A DNA stretch of 64,000 nucleotides from the human T2T-CHM13v2.0 reference genome, Homo sapiens: NCBI RefSeq assembly GCF_009914755.1, contig NC_060934.1; one strand, given 5' to 3'. The notes under the pieces are model-generated. The model searched no databases. It worked only from the letters and a program-made list of their open reading frames with translations, and was not told the DNA's origin. The position numbers and the translations under genes are program-made. Numbering within the stretch: the stretch's first letter is position 1; the number at the start of each line of letters is the position of its first letter. Positions 13,080 through 25,336 of this stretch are shown here, piece after piece.

Positions 13080-13254
13080 TCAATGGGCATTTTTTAAGAT
13101 GGGCAGCTCTACAGAAACAATTTCCATGAAAAAAGGTTACTCATATCCAGAGTGAGCACAACATTAGACTAAGAAAGGCAGTAAGGAATTATCAGTTTAA
13201 GAACTTCTTGCAACAGTCTCCCTGGAAATGTTCTGATACATTCTACTTGCTGAT

Positions 13255-13683
13255 TGTCTTAGCCTGTTTTCTGTTGCTAGAACAGAATATCTGAGACTAG
13301 GTAGTTAACAAAGAAAAAAAGTTTATTTTGGTTCATGATTCTGGAAACTGGGAAGTCCAAGCTCAGGCAGCTACATCTGGTTGGTTTCCGGTGAGGGCCT
13401 CATGCTGCATCAAAACATGTCAGAAGGCATCTCAGGGTGAGATGACTCACAAGAGAGAGCCAAACTGGCTTTTATAACGGATCCACTTTCATGATAACTA
13501 ACCCACTCCCATGATAACCCATTCACCCATTAATCTATTAATTAATGAATGGGTTACTCCATTCATAAGGGCAGAGTCCTCATAACTCAATCACTTCTTA
13601 GAGGGCCCATCTCTCAATACTGTTACACTGGGAATTATCTTTCAACAAGAATTTTGGAGGGGACAAACATTCAAACTATAGCA
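13255..13683 (-). mobile_element. MST-family MaLR solo LTR
   Basis: tgtcttag...cattcaaactatagca termini; perfect 5-bp TSD ctgat. Confidence 0.88.
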
Positions 13684-13842
13684 CTGATGGAAGATGTTTT
13701 CATCATGTCTTCTAATCTTTAGATGTATGCCTTTTATTACAGTAGTCACTTCTTTTCTGGTACGCCATACTTCTCAGCTAATGAGATTTTGGACTCTATC
13801 TTGAACTGCAATGGGTTGAGATTTGGGGGACCTCAGAATGAT

Positions 13843-14210
13843 ACATTAGTTTCCTGCGGCTGCTGTAACAAATAACCACAAACTGGGGGGCTTTAAACAG
13901 AAATGCATTATCAGTCTGGAGGCCAGAAGTCTGAAATCAAAGTATTAGCAGGGACATACTCCCTCTGGAGGCCCTGGGAAAGAATTTGTTCCTTGCTTCT
14001 CAATCATCTGGTGGCTACTGGCATTCCGTGGCATTCTTCGATTTGTGGCCACATCACTCCTATCTCTGCCTTCACCTTCACATTGCCTTCCCTTCATGTC
14101 AAATCTCCCTCTGCCCCTGTCTTATAAGGATACATATGATTGCATTTAGGGCTTACCTGGATAATGCAGGATAAGCTCCTCTTCTCAAGAGCCTTAATCA
14201 CATGTTTTGC
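13843..14210 (-). mobile_element. MLT1C/D-like MaLR LTR (partial)
   Basis: attagtttcctgcggctgctgtaacaaataaccacaaactgg...ggaggccagaagtctgaaatcaa. Confidence 0.8.
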
Positions 14211-16188
14211 TTCAAAATGTTTACTCCTAATAACCAAGATATCCAAATGCCAGCTCTTGAAATATTTTCAGTGATTTTGCTTCTACCTTGGATTTTTTAG
14301 GAGCCATAATTCAAGAGCAGTGTATCTTCTTTTAAAACCTTAGATCTGTATTTATACATTTCACTTGCAGCTTTTACACTAGCCTGTTTCCTGGAAAAGT
14401 CTTTCACACTTGATTAATGGAGCCATCTCCTTCTTTTTACTGATTCCTCTTCAAATTCCTTCTTTACGGCAGAGCAACCCAAACAAAACAACTCTTTTTA
14501 AACTAAGGGCATACCAGAGAGAGATGGGAAGACAGAAAGAAACAGACTACAATTCACTCATGTTTTGTTTAAGTTTTAGAACCTATGGCTAAAAATTTTA
14601 ACTTTGATTGCATTCTATAAAGCATCTAACCTGAAAAATGTAGATTCTTCAGCAGATCATAAACAGAGACTGAGACAAATGAGTCCTAAAGTCTGTCCTA
14701 GGCAAAGTTTCTTCATTCACAGCCAACTACAGCAGTAAAATTTAAAATGTTTTCAGAACCACTCAAAGGCATTATTCATACACTAATTTGTAACTTCTAT
14801 TCAAGTACCCCAAACTCATATATATATAGTAAGATATAAAACCTTCGGTGGATTAGTATAGCACTTAGCACAGAATAGGCTTTGAAAAAATATTTGCTGA
14901 ATGAATAAGTGGATTTTTTAAGTGGGATTAATCACTACTAGTGTCTAGTGAATAGGAGTACTTTCTCTTAATTGATATCTTAGTACCTACCTGATGTTTA
15001 CTATCCATTTTTAAGGAATATCAAAACAGTGTCCACAAAAATGACAGGACAATGCACTGAGCTTGGGGTTACTACATTATTCTCAAATGAGTAGGGAGGT
15101 TTTTTCTTCCTAAAACCCATATCGTATTGAACATCTACTATTAAAGCACTATGTATTCCTGATAGTGTAGGGGAAAAAGGAGCACAGGCTAAGGCAGAAT
15201 ATATGGAATAAAATATGCCAAAAGTATGAAATAGTAGACAAGTACAAATAACATATGCTCAGATTAAATAAGAGCAAAAATTAGTTAAGACTGTCATAAC
15301 CTTTATGACAGTCATAGGGCAATGTGACATTATTTACCAAAATGTATAATATACTTTAAGCCCCAGGAATTCCATCTCTTACTTACAGATATATTAAAAA
15401 TGAGTCAAGATGTGTGTTCAAAAGTGCAGCCCTATTTATGTAACACAATTTCCAAAAGCACCTAAATATCCTTCACTGTGGTTTGGATAAATAAATTTGA
15501 TGCCTCCTCACAACAGAATACCATGTGGTCATTTCAAAGAATGTGGTATATCTGTACATACCAACATATCTGTGACGTAGAAATACATATTAATTGAAAA
15601 ATGTATTTATCATTCACATATATGTGGGCATATACATTTATATATATATATATATATGTGCACGTGTATGTAAGCATAAAACATCTAGAAACATATACAT
15701 ACAGAGGCTACGGAGGGACAGGGATAGAGAATTGGAGAGGGTCAGGGAATTTCAATTGTTTATACATGATTTATAAATAATAATTACATATCATTCTATG
15801 CTTTCAAAAAACTAAAGATTACAGAGAGAGTAGGAGGAAAGACCAAAAAGAGAGAAAAGAAGAAGGGTTTCCTAAGAATTCTCAAGTCCAGGACTTACAT
15901 ATACATTTTAAAATATATGCAGCAATTGTGACACAGCCACCAAGGCCAGGCAGTCATGGAATTCACCTTCTCTTGCAGTCATATTTTCTAGAGATTTCTA
16001 CTCCCACCCCTCTTTGGGAACCCATGTTGCTTGGGACCTGCCCCAAACTTCCTGGCAACGGCAGTTCTGGCAAGAGCAACAGGAAAGAAAAACAGAAGAG
16101 AACAGAGCTCTTTTGCCCATCTCAAGGCCTGAAGCTTGAGTAAGTGACAAAATTACCAGCAGACTGAGCATTATTCAGAAAGACTCAC

Positions 16189-16245
16189 CCAACCAGGACC
16201 TATATCTCGGTCACCAAAATAAAACTTCCTTTTTCTATCTAAGAT
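16189..16245 (-). other. Candidate 57-nt cassette exon (unverified)
   Basis: Acceptor ttttttgattcag|ATC, strong donor TGG|gtgagtc, one open frame ILDRKRKFYFGDRDIGPGW. Confidence 0.25.
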
Positions 16246-16298
16246 CTGAATCAAAAAATGGGACAGGCTGAAATATAGACTTTTAAAAATCCTCCCTT

Positions 16299-16595
16299 GG
16301 CTGGGCACAGTGGCTCATATCTGTAATCCCAGCACTCTGGGAGGCTGAGGTGGGCGGATCACCTGAGGTCAGATGTTTGAGACCAGCCTGGCCAACACAG
16401 TAAAACCCTGTCTCTAATAGAAATACAAAAATTAGCCAGACATGGTGGTATGTGCCTGTAGCCCCAGCTACCTGGGAGGCTGAGGCAGGAGAATCGCTTG
16501 AGCCCAGGAGGCAGAGGTTACAGTGAACTGAGAGTGCCACTGCACTCCAGCCTGGGCAACACAGTAAGACTCTGTATCAAAAAAAAAAAAAAAAA
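16299..16595 (+). mobile_element. AluS
   Basis: Alu dimer with poly(A). Confidence 0.95.
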
Positions 16596-17036
16596 TTCCT
16601 CTCTCCTTTCTAATGTTGCAAGCTGTAAAAATAACACCAGCAGAAGAATACAATCATAGGGATGGCGCTACCCAGGTCTGGAGTATGTTCCTAGAAACCC
16701 AGATTAGAAAGAGACGTGGGCTTTCTCAGTTCCCCCAGGTCCTCAAGTTCCTCCTCAGCCCATTAGCAGAATCAGTACAGAAACGTCCATGCCACTGCCT
16801 ACCTGGCTTCGTCCTGCTGCCAGCGGAGTGCCAAAGCTATGGAATGAGGTGTGGGCTACTGAAAGACCATTCAGAACCTGTTCCCCAAATATTACTTGTA
16901 CACCAATTTGCTACCTCTTCATACCACCTATAATATTATTTACTTAATACTGTTCTTTAAACTAGCTCACACTCTCTTTTTTTAACTAAGTCTTGTTCTA
17001 AGGAACAATATCTGTGAAAACAGGTATTTGATGGCA

Positions 17037-17328
17037 TTTTTCTTTTTGAGACAGAATCTTACTATGTTGACCAGGCTGCGGTGCAGTGGTGCAATCACAG
17101 CTCACTGTAGCAGTGACCTCTTGGGGCCCAAATGATCCTCCCATCTCAGCCTCCTGAGTAGCTGGGACCACAAGCATGTGCCACCACACCTGGCTTTTTT
17201 TTTTTTTTTTCCCAGAGATGGGATCTCACTGTTACCCAGGCTACTCTTGAACTCCTGCACTCAAGTGATCCTCCTGTCTCAGCCTCCCAAATTGCTGAGA
17301 TTACAAGTGTGAGCCACCATGCCTAGCC
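17037..17328 (-). mobile_element. AluJ
   Basis: Antisense diverged Alu; TSD ttgatggc. Confidence 0.92.
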
Positions 17329-18746
17329 TTGATGGCTGTTAAAGAAAACAAACAAACAAACAAACAAATACTAATGAACATTAAAACAAATATATAACCA
17401 GGAATTTAAAAAGGGTTTGCCTGAGTCCCATGGTATATGAAAAAGTGATCGTGAACAGTGTTCTAAAAGAAAAAAAAAAAGAAGAAGAAGAAAAAAAAAA
17501 TCCGTAACATTCTGGAAAAATGATCTGAGGTGCAAGCAAAAGCACTGTAAACAAACTTTGGGAGCACTGCCTACACAAAAGCATGGTTCTGCCACCCATG
17601 ACTACAGCATCTTTTGTCTTTAGCTAAAAAAGCAGTTGGAGTAAATAAATGGAGAAAGGAGATGAGAAAAAAAAATCCTTTCGTGAATTTTCTCTATCAC
17701 TATTATTCAGTTTTCTTTAGATCCAATTGCTTTTGGCCTTAGGGATGTCTTTTTGTTCTGAGTCCAAGTATTTAACAGACAACTTCAGTTTGAGATGATG
17801 AAAATGATGATTCTACAACAATATGAAAAATGATTAAAATGGTAAGTTTTTGTGTATTTTGCCAGATTTTAAAAATTAACATTAATAAAAGCCAACCACA
17901 CTCAGCAAATGAGCTAAGGAGAATCTAGAGAAGTTGCCCACAGTGGGCTTGGGCAGGCTCGAAGGGTGGCCTGGCACAGCCTATGTAGCAGGTCAGCCTT
18001 TATCCCTTGACCTTCTCTATCTGTTACCACTCAGGGGGTTTAACTGTGGTGTGGAAGGAAAAATAGGGCGGTCCAAGAAAGAATGAAATCATAACCAGCT
18101 GGCTGGCTAAACGTCAGTATCTTTTTGCTGCCAAGTTTGAAAAAGGAGAAAGTGGCACTCTGGGTCTCTTTCTAGCTGTAAAATGCAGGGTGGAAGGTGA
18201 GTTGTCTTTTCCTTTCCTTTCAATACATTTTTCTGAGACTATTGAGGTTGAAACTATTAGATAAAACTAGATGGTTAGAGTATATCTTGATATACACATA
18301 TATCTCTTTTATATTAGGCAAGTTTTACATGGTAGTAACCTTAGAAATTAAGAATTGGGATTACATTTAATTGACAGCTGACCTGTGAGTTTCAGTTGGT
18401 ATCAGCTAATCTAAGGGGGAAAAGAAGAACTCCCATATACAATAGGAAATTAAACAAATCAGTGCCCTTAGAAGCAATCCCATACAATTGTAAAGTATCT
18501 TCTTGGAAAATGTTCAAGGATATAGAAAATGCATGATCATGATTTTGTGACATCTATATCACAGATATATATTCATAGAAAATAAGAATTTAGGTCTACA
18601 TACAAAACTGATACAAGTTACCCCTGGTGACTTAACAATTCTGCATATTTTCTCACAGGCAAATATTTCTTATAATGAATAGCTACTATTTTTATAATCA
18701 ATAAAAAGCTATAAAGACTTTTCAAAGGTGGAGACCCTTCAAGAAA

Positions 18747-18761
18747 ACACACACACAAACA

Positions 18762-18794
<33 letters not shown>
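18747..18794. repeat. Interrupted (CA)n microsatellite
   Basis: Direct reading; a second short CA run lies at ~18827-18839. Confidence 0.9.
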
Positions 18795-18795
<1 letters not shown>

Positions 18796-20107
18796 ACTTC
18801 CCCACTCCATTCTGACCAAAAAAAAAACACACACACACAAACATTCATCCTCTATTATAAACAGCAATGGAGAGGAGGGACCCAGCGAGCTGACAGACTA
18901 AATTTAGCCGACAGATCTAAGTTACAGCTCCTCTCAAAAACCATCCCTGAAATAGTCCTGGTCTTATGAAATTGAATTTCATACGACTGTCACTCTGGGC
19001 TTCATTTAATGAGCTTCTAGTTTTATCAAATGGCCACAGGAATTACGTATTATTAAAAATAGCACCACACTATGCTAGCTGATCCAATGTCTTGGCAAAC
19101 AGCAACTTGTTTTCTGCATTTTCATGAAATGCCTCACACATGTAAATCAAAATAACAAAGGTCAAAGTTTGTAAAGTCTTTAGAAGGAAGTTATTAACTT
19201 CAGGAGTCATAAACTCTACAATAGAGTCTTAAGAAGAAGTAAAAAAGTTTTTTTAAAGGAAGAAACGTATACTGAAGTCTTTTAATTGAAAAGACTTTAT
19301 AAGATTATCAAATTATCTCGGCAAAAATTTTGGGTTAGTGTATTGTACCTATTTTACAGATGAAGACATGGAGGCTCAGAAAGTAAGTGATTTTAAATTA
19401 GATCTTTGTACTACATTTCTAATGATATCACATAGAAGAATTATGCAGAATTTATCATTAAATTGTTTACAGATGAATAGAGCCGAAAGATCCGTTTCTT
19501 CAAGTTTAAAAAGATTTCCATTGTAATTATATTTTATCAGTATTTAAAAATACTGCAGGATTTTCTTTTAAACGTGTATTCTTCTTTTGGGTTTAAAGTC
19601 TGAAAACAATCTACATATCTTTTCAAACTATCAATCTTTTAATAATATAAAACAAAAAGATGGCTTTCTTATCTTTTGAATTAAACAGTATAAGCATCGC
19701 TTGTACAGGAAAGTTTGGAAAAGGTGGGCAGCAGAAAAAGAGATAAACATGACCTTTATAATCTGGAGACCCAGGATGTAGAAATTTTTTTTTAATTACA
19801 ACACTTAATAATGACTAGTTTCATTTTCCTTGGTTAAACAAAAAACTTTGATTTGTATACTTTCTCATGTGTTGTTTTAAATTGCCTTAATTCTCTATAA
19901 ATATTGCTCTATTTACACACACACATATAATCTATATATCCTATATTATTAAGATATATCCATTGCTTTTCTTCAATAGGCACAAAGATGCCATTTTTTC
20001 AGTATAAAATAAAGACTATGTAATAGAAAGGGGCTTTGGCTCAGGGCTAGGGCTATGTTTAGTAATATTTAAAACGAGGTAGCTATAAAGCATAGCAGTT
20101 AATGTGG

Positions 20108-20391
20108 TGCTATACACTGAATATAGACCTTTTGGGGATAATTAGATCATGATAGCAGAGCCATCATGAATGGGATCAGTGCCCTTATAAAGGAGACCCT
20201 AGAGGACTTCTTCAACCCTTCTGCCACATGAGAGTACAGTGAGAAGACAGCTGTCCAGGAGAAGGAGGGAATCAGCTAGCACCTGGATCATGGACTTTCT
20301 AGCCTCCAGAACTCTGAGAAACAAATTTCAATTGTTTATACGCCACCCAGTCTATGGTGTTTTGTTATAGAAGACGGAATGAACTAAGACA
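20108..20391 (+). mobile_element. MLT1A0-like MaLR solo LTR with internal deletions
   Basis: tgctata...gaactaagaca termini; TSD tgtgg/catgg (consistent with CpG decay of cgtgg). Confidence 0.85.
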
Positions 20392-20562
20392 CATGGGCCT
20401 TGGAATCTCCAAGACTATTAAGATTTTTTCTTCCTTCACTCACTAATGATTACCATTTGTATGATCTTGAGTAAGTTATCTAACATTTGAGCCTTTTGTT
20501 TCTTTATCCTAAAATGAAAATAAATAATATCAACCTCAGATAGATTTTTAAACTTTTTCTAA

Positions 20563-20722
20563 CTTACTTTCTTTCTCTCTTTCTTTTTCTCTCTCTCTCT
20601 CTCCTTTCCTTCCTTCTTTCTCCTTTCCCTCTTCCTCCCTCTTTCCTCTCTTTCTCTCCTTCCTTCCTTCCTTCCCTCCTTCCCTCCATCCCTGCTTGCC
20701 TTCCTTTCTCTTTTCTTTTCTC
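20563..20722. repeat. CT-rich polypyrimidine tract ((TC)n/(TTCC)n)
   Basis: ~160 bp almost purely C/T; sits at the tail position of the adjacent antisense Alu. Confidence 0.9.
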
Positions 20723-20951
20723 TGAAATGCAAGTGGTGCAATCACAGCTCAGCAGTCTCCCACCTCAGCCTCTGGAGTGTTGGGGACTACAGGTGTGTGC
20801 CACCATGCCAGGTTATTTTTAATTTTATTTTTGTAGAGAAGAGTTCTCACTCTGTTGCCCAGCCTGGTCTCGAACTTCTGGGCTCAAACAATCCTCTTGC
20901 CTCAGCCTCCCAAAGTGCTGTTATTACTGTCATGACCCACTGTGCCCGGCC
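20723..20951 (-). mobile_element. AluJ (partially deleted right arm)
   Basis: Antisense Alu ending cccggcc; tactttct on both outer flanks. Confidence 0.85.
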
Positions 20952-20954
20952 TAC

Positions 20955-21450
20955 TTTCTATTTTGAAATAATTTTAGGTTTAAAGAGAAGCTGCAATAGT
21001 ACAAAAAACTGAGGCATACCCTTCACCCAGAGTCCTTTATATTATCAACTTAGATGAGGATAGTACAATGATCAAAACCAAGGAATTAACATGGTTAGAA
21101 TTCTGTTAACTAAATGACATATCTTCTTTTTAATTTCACAAATTTCCCCTCTAATAGCCTTTTCTCTGTTCCCACAATTATTTAGTGTCCCCTTAGTCTC
21201 TGCTAATACGTGGCAGTTCCTCAATCTTTCTTCACCTTTCATGACCCTGACAGTTGAAGGGTGCTAGTTTTTTTTTACCGAATATCTCCAGTTTGGGTTT
21301 CTCTGATGTTTTCTCTTGATTAAATTGAGGTTATGCATTTTTGGCAAGAATGCCCCAGAAGTAATGTTGTGTTCCACTCTGATCATATCAAAGAACAGAA
21401 GCTATCCATCTGCCCCATTACTGGTAACACTAACTTTGATCCATTGTTTA
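20955..21450 (-). mobile_element. Old L1MC-like 3' fragment
   Basis: ttttgaaataattttagg...acccttcacccag...gttatgcatttttggcaagaat. Confidence 0.65.
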
Positions 21451-21544
21451 AGTTAGTAACCTCAGAGAGTTGTTTTTTTACAGGTCCTAGAAAACAGTAG
21501 GTCTTCAATAAATGGCAGCTATTATTATGGTAAAGTTCAGACTA

Positions 21545-21790
21545 AGAACAAGTTTTGAATCAGGTAGACTTGGATTCCAGTTCTCACTCTCCCAGTTTCT
21601 GCCATGTGATCATGGGAAAGGTTTTTAACTTCCCTAGTCCTCTTTCCTTCAGTGTACCACAAAAACAAAGCTACCTGAAAAGTTACAAAGTTTTAATCAA
21701 GTTACCATAAAGGTTAAATGAAATAACATATGTAAAAGTACTCAGTACCTATGTTTTATAAGTGCTCCATGAAATCAATCACTGTTCTTT
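21545..21790 (+). mobile_element. MIR
   Basis: MIR core (tgtgatcatgggaaag...ttaaatgaaataacatatgtaaaagtactcag). Confidence 0.7.
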
Positions 21791-23886
21791 TAAGCGAGTT
21801 GTCATGTTCTGCGAAATAATCACTATGAACTAAGATAAAGGAACCTGAGATCTGATTACAAAAAAAAAGGTGACTTAGGGGCATGCTGGGAGTAGGAGAG
21901 GAAGATGTCAGATGAGCTAGGAAGGCATGGGAGAACCTTGGCCGTGTGACAGCCAATGGCATGTCTCTCTTGTTTCATTTTATTTTTTCCTTGGATAAAC
22001 AAGTTTTGCAATTAGAGCTTGAGAACACAAAAGGCATTCATGCTTGATTTCTAGCACATTAACCAGATGATGCAAGAGCCGAACCCCTGTTATGTGCTGT
22101 GAAGGGCTCTGTCTCACTTGTTCTCTCCTGTAAAACTACTATCCTCTGCTTGCTAGACCCTCTTGTGGGGCTTTTTAGGCTATGACATAGGACATCAAAA
22201 ATTTTTCTTCTGCAGCTGTCTTTGCTGTTGTACTTGAGTTTAGATTATCAGATGGCAATTCTGCGATGCCTAACACATGGTAGTTATGTTATGAAATAAT
22301 CCCGCCTTTTAAAATAGAAATCTAACACTGAAGAAACTGGAAAATAAATGTGAAACTAACCCTAGAGGGGTCTTAAGAGGCAAGTCAAAATTGTAAAGAC
22401 TTCTCCATCAGTCTGCATGAAGAATTATAAAACTAATTATTGTGTCGCAGCCTTTCTGGATTTAACCTCAACTTTGGAAACACATGCCACTACTTACAAG
22501 AGTATAGTAACATTTACTGCACTGCAGGATGGAATGCATTACTTCATATAGCTTAGACGGTAATTTACAAAAGCATTATAGCATCCTTATGGGTTGAAGT
22601 AATTAGAAAATCAGTATGTGATGCCATAGCTTTTTCTACAGGATACTGTCATTACTAGCTAAGCTCTTCAGCGTCCACACCTTAAAGACTAGGAAGTTAA
22701 ACAGCTTCCTATGTCCTCTCAATGCCTAAGTGGGAACCTGTATGCTGCTAAAATAAAACGCATGTGTAGTTCTCTGAACAAACCAATGTGACAGATGGAG
22801 CTTCATGCTCTGGCTCCTAGGCTAGGAAGGGGACCACAGGCCCAGGTGACGTCTAAGTTGCTATGAGGATTACTGAATTTTCAGAGGCCCAAATTGCCTA
22901 GCAGGTTAAGCAGAGAATTGAACAGGGGCCAAGAGTCCCAAGTTCTCTTCTCAGCACACCCCTGCCCCACCTGTGAGATGGAGGGGAGGAAACATCAATT
23001 CCCCACTGTCCTGCTCTGCCTAGCAAGGAGGGTGATGATAATAGCTAACACGTACTGAAAGCCTACTATGACCCGAGCTTTTTAAAAGTATAAGCTCACT
23101 AAATTCAAAGCAATTCTACAAAAAGGGATAAATGAATATCTATTGACAGGTGAGGAACCTAGGTACTCAAGGTTCCTGGTACTCAAGGTCAAATGGTACC
23201 AAGCAACCTGGTACTCAAGGTCAAGTGCCCTACAAAGGGTCACATGTTGAGCGGAGGAGTCCCAACAATAGGCTCCAAAGCCTGTGTGCTCCCCAACTGA
23301 GTAGTGCACCTCCAACTGGGGATACCATCGATGATGCTGATAGAAGATTCTGGAATGTGTTTTCAGTTCCTTAAAATGAGTTACCACACCTGGAGACAAA
23401 TGCTGCCTAAAGGGGGAAATCCATGTAGTTTCACTTTCCTTAACCATTAAGGCAAAGTTATAAAAGCATTCCTTGGGGGTTCTTTCAGAGACTTCCCCTG
23501 CTCACTCCCTATCCCAGGTCAAAAAGCCTTCCACAAACACATACACCCACTTCCTCCAAAACTTCCACCATGGAGGGAGCTATTAGAAAAATCAAAGATC
23601 CGATTTATATGTGTTTGTGTGGATTTAATTACCTTACGCTATCTCTTTTTTCAAAAAGGACTTTCCCTCTTTATCGAAAAGGCAATATTCTCCCTGTAAG
23701 AAGATTCAGGCAATACAGAAATACAGAAAGTTAAATACATAGACAGACAGATAAACAGACACCGCAAGCCAAGCCTCCTCCATCTTATCTTTCAGAGATA
23801 ACCAGTGCTAACAGGTATATATCCTTCAGGACAAATCTAATTGTCAAATGAAAAAAGCAAGGCGGCAGATTCATAGGTATTGTATA

Positions 23887-24283
23887 TGCTAAAAGAAAAT
23901 CCTTAGCTAAATTAAATTTAACAGAGGTTAATTGAGCAAAGAACGATTCATGAATCAAGCAGCCTCCCAAGCCACGGTAGGCTCAGAGACTCCAGCACAG
24001 CCACATGGTGGAAGATTTATAGAGAGAAAAAGGAAAGTGATGTACAGAAAGTGGAAGTGAGGTACAGAAACAGCTGGAGTGGTTACAGCTTAGTGTTTGC
24101 CTTATTTGAATACAGTTTGAACAATTGGCCCCCTTTGATTGACCAAAAATTGGTGATTGGCACAAGAGTAGGTTACAGTCTGTTTACACCTGCATTTAGG
24201 TACAGTTCACTATATACAGAGAAACCTTTACACTGAACTTAAAATATTTAAGGAGGCAGCTTTAGACTAAACTTGATTTAACA
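23887..24283 (-). mobile_element. MER57(B)-like ERV1 solo LTR
   Basis: tgctaaaag...aggcagctttagactaaacttgatttaaca; 4-bp TSD tata/tatg. Confidence 0.85.
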
Positions 24284-24553
24284 TATGCTACCATTTGTGT
24301 AAGAGAGGGAAGGAAGGAGATATGTACATATTTGGTAATAAAAACATACAATATCACTTGAAGGCTTTGAAAGCAACATCCACTATCTCCAGGAAGTAGA
24401 CCTGGATGGCAAGGGTGGGAGGTACACTTGACATTATGTATCTTTTCATGCCATTTGAATTTTGAACCATGTGAATTTGTTATGTACTCAAAATGTTAAC
24501 AATTTAATTAAATATTTAAACAAAGCAAATGTACTCCTTAAAAGCCCAAAAGA

Positions 24554-24842
24554 GGCTGGGTATGGTGGCTCATGCCTGTAATCCCAGCACTTTGGGAAGA
24601 AGAAGTGGACAGATCACTTGAGGCCAGAAGTTCAAGAGCAGCCTGGTCAATATTGCAAAACCCTGTCTCTACTTAAAAAAAAAAAAAAAAAAAAAAATTT
24701 GCCAGGCATGATGGTGGGTGCCTGTAATCCTAGATACTCAGGAGGCAGAGGCTGCAGCGAGCTAAGTTCGCACCACTGCACTCCAGCCTGGGCGACAGAG
24801 CGAGACTGTCTCAAAAAGAAATAAAACAAAAAACAAAAACAG
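24554..24842 (+). mobile_element. Alu with a right-arm deletion and expanded A linker
   Basis: TSD aagcccaaaaga / aagtccaaaaga. Confidence 0.9.
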
Positions 24843-25099
24843 AAGTCCAAAAGAGTGCCTCACATATAGCGAGCGCTTGATATGTACTGTAGAATAAATG
24901 GAAAAAGTGGGCCTATATATTTTAACATAATTGGAATTACACTACTTAGATGGCACATGCTGTTTTAAATAACCTACTACATAAAACAATAATAAAACAA
25001 AACACCTGATTATTAAGATGAAAAGGCATCCATGATCAGTTCTTAGATAGGAATGATATAAACTAAGAGTGAAATAAGATTTTGGATGTCATCTAGCAA

Positions 25100-25336
25100 C
25101 CGGCAAACAAGTCTAGAGCGCCGATGTACAATATGAGGATGATAGGTAATAAAATCATACTGTATATGGGATTCTTACTAAATGAGTAAATTTTTAGCTC
25201 CTTTTGCCACAAAAACAAAAATTGAGTAACATATGAAATGATAGTTTCACTATAGTAATTGTTTTACTATCTATATGTAGCCTATAACATCATGTCATAT
25301 ACCTTAAATATATACAATGAAATTTATTTTAAAAAA
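25100..25336 (+). mobile_element. L1MA 3' end
   Basis: aacatcatgtcatataccttaaatatatacaat followed by an A-tail. Confidence 0.75.
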
